Shown: positions 1 through 8,297 of the stretch, in pieces
Numbering within the stretch: the first letter of the stretch is position 1
Layout of the letters: the number at the start of each line of letters is the position of its first letter
DNA from: Tubiluchus corallicola
Lineage: Eukaryota > Animalia > Priapulida
Length of the DNA: 8,354 nucleotides
Reading direction: 5' to 3'
NCBI GenBank assembly: GCA_030141605.1
Contig: JAQGDQ010002215.1
Location: 1-8,354 of the forward strand
Position numbers and translations under genes: made by a program
The notes under the pieces: generated by a model
What the model saw: the letters and a program-made list of their open reading frames with translations, nothing else
The model's database searches: none
What the model was told of the DNA's origin: nothing

Positions 1-411
1 ATATGTTCCAGTGAATCACTGCTTCTTCTAGGTTCTCTGAAGTAAATGTTCCTGTTACAGGACACAAAGCACACAAAGAATATTTTACTCTGCTTTCTAT
101 TTTTAAATACATTAACAACTTCAGCAAACCATTCCAGAATAACAGATTTGCTTTTTCCAAATCCTATCATTAATTCCAGAACAAGCAATCTAAAACAAAT
201 TAGGACAAATACCCACTATGCAACGAACTCTGTAATCAAGCAAGCAATTCTACTTTGGAATTCTCTACCATTACAGGTTAAACAAATCAAGTCCATATCA
301 GCATTTAAAACAAAATTAAAATCACTAATATTAACCAGATATGAAATACCACCACACCAGCAAGACAACATACACACAAATTCAGAGTTCACATATCCAC
401 GGCCATATTAA
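1..411 (+). pseudogene. Decayed C-terminal end of a non-LTR retrotransposon (LINE) ORF2, CR1/L2-like group
   Basis: ORF 46..411 contains NSRT...RTNTHYATNSVIKQAILLWNSLPLQVKQIKSISAFKTKLKSLIL, matching the 'WNxLP...(S)...FKxxLK' tail of CR1/L2-group ORF2 proteins. An in-frame stop at 43-45 indicates decay. The AT-rich stretch to about 605 may be its 3' UTR. Confidence 0.75.
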
Positions 412-1333
412 TTAAATCATATTTTTTTCATTTTTTTGTGCATAGTTGTAAATATGTTTGATTTTATTCGTCGTTACTTTCCATTACTGCACAGTAGTTT
501 AGATTGCACTGACGCATTTGCCTTTAGCAGTGTAAGTTTTTATTAAGTAACACTGATTGATCATCTCTGTAAAGTTTTTATTCAGTGATTGTCAATATAT
601 ATAAATCAGTGTTCGTACTGTCAGTGAGAATAGAGGCAATAGCTACATTGCAATAAGCAGAAGTGGAACACCTTGAGAATATCAGCAGTTTCCAACGCTC
701 ATTTCACGTTGAGTTTAACAAGAAATGCAAAACATGATGATAGCTGGCACTTTTGAATAAGAAGGTGGCGCGATAAAACTAGGATCTCTTTTTAAACGAA
801 ATCGTTAGACTAGAAGATTAACCTGTTTTAGAAATCCACGTCATTAGACACCCACTCAGCTCGAATGAGTTGATTGGTGCTTTGTGATTATATAAACATC
901 GTAAACTGTTTGTTTGTTTTTACTGCTGCGATTACGATTAGATTTAAATTTAGACCATAATTAGAAAACTTAACAGACCAGTGGTATGCCGTGCTCACTT
1001 CTATTAAGAGCATTGCAAAAAGTAACAACCAAAGCTACCAAGGAAACCAAATCTGTAAAAGAAATTTTGTCTCCAAAACCATTCCTGATAAAATGTGGAA
1101 TAAAATCCACACACGAGATACCGATAAAGCTTACAGTATCAGAAAAGCACATTAAATTTCTAATTTCTTTATTCAGTATTCAGGTCTCGTGGTCAGTAAA
1201 AAAATTCTTTCGTGACTTGAATACATTCTTTTCACATCTTTTTAGAACACTCAATAATAAATATCATCATCTCTTCGACGTTTTGGCCAAATTCAATTTT
1301 CTTTAACATCTATACTCTTATATTAATATTCTT

Positions 1334-1335
<2 letters not shown>

Positions 1336-1383
<48 letters not shown>
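1336..1383. repeat. (TA)n microsatellite at the Helitron-like 5' end
   Basis: About 24 TA units with one interruption. A shorter (TA)n lies at the equivalent position in copy 2 (about 3949-3968). Confidence 0.95.
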
Positions 1384-2229
1384 AGATTCGAGGCTACAGC
1401 CCGGACGAGGGCACCATTTGCGGCGATCTATACATCAAACGAAAGGCCTCGATCTAGTGTCGTCTCATTGGGGGTTTATTTTTCGAATCGGGCCCACCGG
1501 GAGTAACGGGGGGCGAAAATCCTCCAAAAATGGCCCTTTATCGGGCGTTTTTTGCAAAAGTTATACGGCTGAGATGTAGAGCGGGAACGGACCGAGGGTG
1601 GTGCTGGGTATGGATAGATAGCCCGTTCAGCGGTGGGTGTCATAGGCCTATTTTGAATTCGCGAGAGGGCCACGTTGTCCCGCAACGGGCGTTTTCCCGG
1701 ACCCAACTCGCGATTTTTTCGAAATTTTGACCAAACAGCCTGCGGAAATAAAACGTTCTAGCGGCGCCTGGTGGGACTTTCGGAAGGAGATATACGGCTC
1801 TTTAGAAAGCGGAAGGACAGGGCTACACGATGATGTAGGCTATATGTTAGGGCAGGTCCATCGAGAGAAGTACCGACGAGTTAATTAGAGGTTCCATTTT
1901 CGGCAATTTTCGCTTAGAAAATTGCTGACGCAAAGGCATTGTTCTGACGTCATCCATTGTACTCTACTCTGCTTATAGCTTTAATTCAGTAAAAGCTACA
2001 GGCTTTGCGTTAGTTAAACAAACAGTAGGCACGATGTTAAGGGCTTTGTGTTATAAATGAGGACTAAGTAGGATGTTCGCGTATTATTGATTACGCGTGG
2101 TTTTTTACGCAAAATCTTTTGCGGGGCCTTTGTTATTTATTATATTATAGCACATAGTTTCAACTTTGTGAAAAATGTTTGGAATGGTTTTGTTGTAATG
2201 CTGTGTTGTTGGTGCCTGTGCTATAGGTG

Positions 2230-2265
2230 TCATCATCATTGCCACCATCATCATCATGATCACCA
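2230..2265. repeat. Degenerate (CAT/CAC)n trinucleotide run
   Basis: tcatcatcattgccaccatcatcatcatgatcaccac lies immediately before the GT-rich array. Confidence 0.6.
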
Positions 2266-2269
2266 CGTG

Positions 2270-3890
2270 AGGTGGTGGATTTGATGTGGTGTGGTGGTGG
2301 TGTGTTTTGTGTGTTGTGTTATGAATGGTGTGGTGGGGTGATAGGGTGTGTGGGGTGTGGTGTGGGTAGTGTGGTATGGAGTGGGTGGCATGGTGTGTGG
2401 GTAGGTGGGTGTTGTGGTGCAGTGTGGTGTTATGGTGTGGTGTAGTGTGGTGTGATGTGGTGGAGTATTATGGTGTGGGTGGTGTGGTGTGGGTGGTGCA
2501 GTGTGGTGGTATGGTGTGGTGCAGTGTGGTGTGATGTGGTGGAGTCGTATGGTGTGGTGTGGTGTGTGGGTGGTGCGGTGTGCTGCAGTGGTATGGTGTT
2601 GTGGGGTGTGGTGTGATGTGGTGGAGTGGTATGGTGTGGGTGGTGTGGTGTGTAGGTGGGTGGGTGGTGTGGTGCAGTGTGGTGTTATGGTGTGGTGCTG
2701 TGCGGTGTGATGTGGTGGAGTATTATGGTGTGGGTGGTGTGGTGTGTGGGTGGGTGGTGCAGTGGTATGGTGTGGTGCAGTGTGGTGTGATGTGGTGGAG
2801 TGGTATGGTGTGGGTGGTGTGGTGGTATTGTGTGGTGCAGTGTGGTGTTATGGTGTGGTGCAGTGTGGTGGAGTATTATGGTGTGGTGTGTGGGTGGTGC
2901 GGTGTGGTGTGGTGCAGTGGTATGGTGTGGTGTGGTGCAGTGTGGTGTGATGTGGTGGAGTCGTATGGTGTGGGTGGTGCGGTGTGCTGCAATGGTATGG
3001 TGTGGTGCAGTGTGATGTGGTGGAGTGGTATGGTGTGGGTGGTGTGTAGGTGGGTGGGTGGTGTGGTGCAGTGTGGTGTTATGGTGTGGTGCTGTGCGGT
3101 GTGATGTGGTGGAGTATTATGGTGTGGGTGGTGCAATGGTATGGTGTGGTGCAGTGTGGTGTGATGTGGTGAAGTGGTATGGTGTGGGTGGTGTGTAGGT
3201 GGGTGGGTGGTGTGGTGCAGTGTGGTGTTATGGTGTGGTGCTGTGCGGTGTGATGTGATGTGGTGGAGTATTATGGTGTGGGTGGTGTGGTGTGTGGGTG
3301 GTGCGGTGTGCTGCAGCGGTATGGTGTGTAGGTTGGTGGGTGGTGTGGTGCAGTGTGGTGTTATGGTGTGGTGCTGTGCGGTGTGATGTGGTGGAGTATT
3401 ATGGTGTGGGTGGTGTGGTGTGGTGTGTGGGTGGTGCAGTGGTATGGTGTGGCAGTGGTGTGATGTGGTGGGTCGTATGGTGTGGGTGGTGTGGTGTGGA
3501 GTGTGGGTGGTGCAGTGTGCTGCAGTGGTATGGTGTGGTGCAGTGTGGTGTGGTGGAATGGTATGGTGTGGGTGGTGTGGTGTGGTGCAGTGTGGTGTGC
3601 GGTGTGATGTGGTGGAGTATTATGGTGTGGGTGGTGTGGTGTGCTGTGTGGGTGGTGCAGTGGTATGGTGTGGTGCAGTGTGGTGTGATGTGGTGGAGTG
3701 GTATGGTGTGGGTGTGGTGCAGTGGTATGGTGTGGTGCAGTGTGGTGTGATGTGGTGGAGTGGTATGGTGTGGGTGGTGTGTGGTGCAGTGCGGTGTGGT
3801 GGTATTGTGTGGTGCGATGAGGTGGAGTGGTATGGTGTGGTGCAGTGTGGTGTGATGAGGTGGAGTGGTGTGGTGTGGGTTGTGTGTTGA
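2270..3890. repeat. GT-rich complex tandem repeat built on GGTGT
   Basis: About 1.6 kb of GGTGT/GTG units with recurring modules GTGCAGTGTGGTGTGATGTGGTGGAGT(GG/AT/CG)TATGGTGTGGGTGG. The + strand is almost entirely G and T. Confidence 0.95.
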
Positions 3891-4077
3891 TTTGTGCACA
3901 AAATTCTTTTTGTGGGGTTTGGCTAGTCTCTTATATTAATATTTTTGGTATATATATATATATATATAAGATTCGAGGCTACAGCTTGGACGACGGCACC
4001 ATTTGCGGCGATCTATATATCAAACGAAAGGTCTCGATCTAGTGTCTTCTCATTGGGGGTTTATTATTCGAATCGGG

Positions 4078-4214
4078 ACTTACTTGCTTACTTGCTTACT
4101 TGCTTACTTGCTTACTTGCTTACTTGCTTACTTGCTTACTTGCTTACTTGCTTACTTGCTTACTTGCTTACTTGCTTACTTGCTTACTTGCTTACTTGCT
4201 TACTTGCTTACTTG

Positions 4215-4256
<42 letters not shown>
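4078..4256. repeat. Compound microsatellite (ACTTGCTT)n changing to (ACTT)n
   Basis: Perfect 8-mer array to about 4218, then a pure 4-mer array to 4256. Confidence 0.97.
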
Positions 4257-4460
4257 GTCGGTAACCCATCCAAGTACTAACCCCCCTCTTCGTTGCTTAC
4301 AACCGGTATTTTCAACGCCGTAATTGTGTATAAGCAGATGCGCGTGATATACAAGAATTGCAAACTTGCTACATAGGAACACGTAGTCATGCGTATAAAT
4401 TGTCCTCAAATACCAGTAAATTCCACACTAAGTTTCGTTTATTAACAATCAGTATACAAA

Positions 4461-4702
4461 TCAGTAACAACAGTATACAAACATGTTTAATATTAGCCTA
4501 AATTTTGCTGTATCACACGAAAAGTCATTCCACGTGTTCCCATTTGCCCGCAAGATGGCGCAGTTTTCGCCATCGCCGAAATTATCTGGTTGGCCATCAG
4601 CTACATCCCAAGAAGTAAAAAGGGCAGGTCCACCTGTTGCAAACCACCTCCAGTCACCCTCCTCGTGTATGTCCATTAAACCAATCCAAAAATGCTCACC
4701 AG
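4461..4702 (-). CDS. C-type lectin domain (CTLD) exon encoding the C-terminal half of the domain; possibly a pseudo-exon
   Basis: The translation GEHFWIGLMDIHEEGDWRW...FTSWDVADGQPDNFGDGENCAILRANGNTWNDFSCDT has the WIGL, EGxWxW, QPD, ExC and WNDxxC motifs. A candidate splice acceptor ttttgtttttaataaAG has its AG at 4704-4703 (phase 1). The stop is at 4463-4461. Confidence 0.85.
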
Positions 4703-5505
4703 CTTTATTAAAAACAAAATATAATTAATATTAAATTTGGTTATTTACCATTATATTTTCATATAATATAACAGTTATTTAACTTTTATACATTCCACAG
4801 CAATTATAACGTACTTTACCACTCCCATGAAACACTAAAATAACAAATATTACCAGTGATTTTTTTCGAAATTTTTTTGCTCAAACAGCCTGCAGAGAAA
4901 ACGTTCTGACGGCACCTGGTGGGACTCTCGAAGGGAGATATACAGCTCTTTAGAAAGAGGAAGAACAGGGCTATACGATGATGTGGGCTATATTAGGACA
5001 CGTCCATCAAGAGCAGTGACGACGAGTTAATTAGATGTTCTATTTTTGGCAATTTTCGCTTGGAAAACTGCTGACGCAAAGCCATAATTGTGACGTCATC
5101 CATTATACTCTGCCTGTAACTTTAATTCAGTGAAAGCTTCTGGCTTTGCGTTAGATAAACAGACAAACACTAGGTAGAATGTTTGCGCATATTTCATTAT
5201 GAGTGGATTTATAAGCAAAATTTTTTTGCGGGGCCTTTGCTAGTAATTTATAATTGAATGACAAAAGAATGTTGTTCAGCAGATGTTTGCCTTAAAACAA
5301 ACTTTCAGATTTCTCAACGTCAAACACTGTGTACTTTTTGGAGCTTCACTTTTACACAGAAACAGAAAGCAAATGCTCTTCTAACATTTTCTGAAACTTT
5401 TAACGTTTTCTTGGTGGTTTGTATATGAGGAAATCTCGTGTCATTCCCGAACAAAGTCTGGAATTTGATTTTAAGGGTTTACTCGCTAGATGACGCCAGC
5501 AGAAA

Positions 5506-5759
5506 ATAGATGACTTGTTTGTGTCTCTCTTGGTAGGCATAAGCTTGGACGCCACTTGCTGAACAGTTACGCTGGAGCTCTGGGGTATGCGGATGATGTA
5601 ACCCTGCCGGCACCATCTGTGACCTACCTTAGACCAATGTCCAGTATGCTGACCAGACCTGACACCGACATGATTCTTAGCTCCAGTAAAACAAAGTGTA
5701 TTTTATTTACTAACAACCAGAACTTAATTAACTTACCTAGAATTATAGTTAATGGTACA
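5506..5759 (+). pseudogene. Decayed non-LTR retrotransposon reverse transcriptase fragment
   Basis: IDDLFVSL (from 5506), then a frameshift, then LGRHLLNSYAGALGYADDVTLPAPSVTYLRPM...SSSKTKCILF. It contains the catalytic YADD motif and the downstream 'KTKxxxF' motif of LINE RTs, and is cut at 5760 by an LTR. Confidence 0.8.
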
Positions 5760-6941
5760 TGTGACGACCACTGGCACCATTTTTGACTCTCTATGGTGTA
5801 TTGTATAAAAGAATAAATAGTTTTGTCAGGAATGCAAAATAGGGGTTGCCTTTTACTTTATCCGAGCACGCCAGAGTTCATCACATGTGGATAAAAACAA
5901 TTTTTAATACTAATTTTTTTAAGGCAAGGGGTTTTTATCCAGACTTTTTTAACGAGGGTCCTAGTAGTTTGATTAAAACTGATGCTATTTTAGGCCATTA
6001 TAATTTGTACTTAGAAATGACGAGGACGAACAGGAGGACAAACAAACGTGATTGCTTTGTTTATAAAAAAAACGTGTAAAAATTATTTAGTGGTAATTTC
6101 AAAAATAATATTTCTACAAATCACTTACATACATACATATAACGCAAGAATTCAGTTAACCCCATCCCAGGTATAATAGGAAGAGAGGAGAGGATAATTA
6201 CCGAAGAGTTCCATTGTCGCTGCAGCTGTACCAATGGGCTAGCCTCAGGTCGTGATACCGTGGGTCCAGTTATCCAGGATCACATCTCAAGAATCAAGAA
6301 ACCACACTGCTGGGGCTCACGCATTGCAGACTCCACCACCAGAGTGTTAGAAACAAGGATCCAGGGTCTCGAAACGTCTCCGTTTACTCCTATACTGTAG
6401 GAGTCAGCAAATGACGGAGGAAAGGAGAAAAGTTCCTCGTTCCCAGTCTTCAACTAGGCAACCTCCTTAGGCAGTTCCAAACTCCACCCAACAACCGTCA
6501 TGATCTACGTGGCCAGATTACGAACACGACGAAGTTTCCTGCATACTAGTAACACTGCCTAGGAACCGTCTGGTTTCCTCTCAGAGAAATTTGATTACAC
6601 TGAGAACACCAAAACTAGCGAACTCACTATGAGATCTCAAAAGTTATGAGATCTCAAACTTGCTGCCACAAAACGTGTGCTTCCAACCCAGCTTAAAAAC
6701 CCGTAATGGCGACAGTAAGGAAAAATCACGGTTCAATGCTTTTCCAGGAGCGCGAAAATTATCCTGTAACCATTCAAGACATGTGACAGGAAGATCGCCA
6801 TCAAACAGGGAAAAGGGGAGAGGTATTAAAGGATGGACAGAAAACCAACCCAAACATAAAAAAGAAATGAATATTTTATTTGGAGTACAAAATGAACTTT
6901 AGCATAATTTTAATACGGACGAGGACGTCTGTGACGTCACA
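5760..6941 (-). repeat. 3' LTR (about 1182 bp; inner boundary inferred)
   Basis: The left end is fixed by identity to 8298 onward. The right end is inferred from the 7-bp terminal inverted repeat TGTGACG(5760)...CGTCACA(6941), which gives TG...CA termini. Confidence 0.6.
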
Positions 6942-7625
6942 GAAAACGTCACCTCGGACTTTCATTCTATTAGATGGGTTGGCAGGTACAACACAAGTAT
7001 TTGTCAAAGCCGTACTTCTGTTTAAAAGTTCTAATTTCCTTAACTCAAATTCCATCTCTTCCTTGCGCATGCGCTCAGCACGTTCACCTTGTTCTTTTTC
7101 ATGCTGCAAAATGTCACGAACCAAATCAGGATTCATACCTTGAAGATTCTCAAAAGAAAACCCAGAAATACCACACTGTTTATCATTACCCCATCCACTG
7201 GAGGTAGGAATAACATTTTGTGCAGGTTTAAGAGCATCTTCTTCAATACCAACACCTTTTCCTGACTGAGAAATCTCCAGCCAAGTAGTAGAGAAAGGAT
7301 CTTTTGGCTTAACACTTTGAAGAGGTGTACTAGCCTGGCTAATTTTGGAAGATTCTATAATTCGTTCAGCAACAGAACCAGGAGATCTAATTGATGTATC
7401 ATGCAATGTGTCAGTTTTATCAGAATTAATAAATGTTTTTCCCTGTAGAGGAACTTGTTGCATTTTAAGAATATGCTGTTGCGCTTTAATTATATGTTCA
7501 ATTAATTCTTGCTTACTGACATGCGTAACATCGACAAGTAAATGAAGTGTGCTTGCTACCCTGGAAAGTTCATCTTTTTTCATTTTATTCAACTGTGTCT
7601 TGTTGTAAATAGTTGCCTCAGCCAT
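6876..7625 (-). CDS. Truncated Gag-like protein (249 aa from the ATG at 7625)
   Basis: The N-terminal QLNKMKKDELSRVASTLHL...SKQELIEHII resembles a helix-extension-helix module, and QHEKEQGERAERMRKEEMEFELRKLELL looks like a coiled coil. Both are typical of N-termini of Gypsy (Gmr1-like) Gag. The ORF lies downstream of the PBS in the element's sense, and its last ~21 codons read into the inferred LTR. Confidence 0.65.
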   Translation of the reverse strand: MAEATIYNKTQLNKMKKDELSRVASTLHLLVDVTHVSKQELIEHIIKAQQHILKMQQVPLQGKTFINSDKTDTLHDTSIRSPGSVAERIIESSKISQASTPLQSVKPKDPFSTTWLEISQSGKGVGIEEDALKPAQNVIPTSSGWGNDKQCGISGFSFENLQGMNPDLVRDILQHEKEQGERAERMRKEEMEFELRKLELLNRSTALTNTCVVPANPSNRMKVRGDVFCDVTDVLVRIKIMLKFILYSK

Positions 7626-8282
7626 TCTGCATGAAAACGCACAACTTATAAACAAATAAGATCACTTTAATCACACTTGCGCGTATGTACACCAAAAAAT
7701 TATCAAACAGTCATGCATAATGTCAACCACCGCTTGAAAGGTCGCGCATAATTAATATCCGTACGAAAAGTATATTCTGCCTACTGTCAGTAGCATACGA
7801 CTCGTATGTGCGCCGCACTCAAGAGAGCAGAAATAATTCAAGAAAAAGAACAATAGCGGGCGAGCTAAATTATGGGCACTCAACCCCAACCTCAAGGAAA
7901 ACTAAAAAATGCTCTACAAACAGTCTCAAAATTTTATAAGTATGGAACTACTGGAAATTCCCTACATAGAATTGCGAGCTGTAGGCTTTTCAATTACAGC
8001 AAACTTCTAAGCCAATAAATCAAGAACATATTTGGACTGAAAATATCAACAAATTTGTCCTATACAGTTAACGAAAGTAATAAATTTGGCTTCCTGGGTC
8101 TGTACGCAAAGCTCTAGTTTAACGCAACTATATAGCAAAATACTGTATTGTGCTACAAACAGGAAACGATTTCAAAACGTAAACAATTCACGTAAAAACA
8201 TTAAGCACAATTTTAGGCCACTCAGTCATAAAATCCAGTAACAACCAATAAACAAACCGTTATCACCAAAAAACTACTGGTA

Positions 8283-8295
8283 ACTTCTGACACCA
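8283..8295 (-). promoter_or_regulatory. Primer binding site, tRNA-Leu type
   Basis: The minus strand reads ...CGTCACA-AT-TGGTGTCAGAAGT. This is complementary to ACUUCUGACACCA-3', the 3' end I recall for eukaryotic tRNA-Leu (CAA/CAG). Confidence 0.85.
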
Positions 8296-8297
8296 AT

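Larger units (their letters stand above)
1309..3926 (+). mobile_element. Non-autonomous Helitron-like element, copy 1 (core 1309-2136 plus 3' extension to a second terminator)
   Basis: The 5' end is A|TCTATAC (A1308, TC 1309-1310) followed by (TA)n. An internal hairpin CGCAAAA-TC-TTTTGCG (2108-2123) is followed by GGGCCTTTG-TTAT, where CTAG is expected. A distal hairpin CACAAAA-TTCT-TTTTGTG (3897-3914) is followed by 8 nt and CTAG|T (3923-3927). No terminal inverted repeats or Rep/helicase ORF were seen. Confidence 0.7.
3927..5243 (+). mobile_element. Helitron-like element, copy 2 (5' part 3927-4077 and 3' part about 4858-5243 flank unrelated sequence)
   Basis: 3928-4077 aligns to 1315-1492, with 7 mismatches in about 110 nt after the TA run. 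About 4858-5243 aligns to about 1712-2136 but is more diverged, with indels. It ends in the hairpin GCAAAA-TTT-TTTTGC (5215-5229), then GGGGCCTTTG, then CTAG|T (5240-5244). Confidence 0.7.

Noticed and set aside
970-1306. Short ORFs 986..1306 (+) and 970..1152 (-)
   Set aside because: No recognisable motif or splice support was found, so the region is left unannotated.
1476-1730. Overlapping ORFs in the GC-richer segment
   Set aside because: They lie inside the non-coding repeat core and show no Rep or helicase motifs.
2489-3901. Many overlapping V/W/C/G-rich and H/T/P-rich ORFs
   Set aside because: They are artefacts of the stop-poor GGTGT satellite, open in several frames on both strands.
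2270-4256. CRISPR array or telomere
   Set aside because: There are no unique spacers between constant repeats, no cas genes and no canonical telomere unit, and the context is eukaryotic and interstitial.
3945-4323. ORFs with LLAYLLTC repeats
   Set aside because: They are translations of the (ACTTGCTT)n microsatellite.
5290-5505. Possible upstream extension of the LINE RT fragment
   Set aside because: The resemblance is faint and needs several frameshifts, so it cannot be supported without an alignment.
6807-6823. Purine run AGGGAAAAGGGGAGAGG as the polypurine tract
   Set aside because: It is on the + strand, whereas the PBS and gag place the element on the - strand, and it is not followed by TG.
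6880-7545. Plus-strand ORFs overlapping gag, and 4483..4728 overlapping the lectin exon
   Set aside because: They are antisense shadows of better-supported minus-strand frames.
7626-7655. ORF-track start of the gag-like ORF at 7655
   Set aside because: This is a TTG start. The first ATG is at 7625 (MAEAT...).
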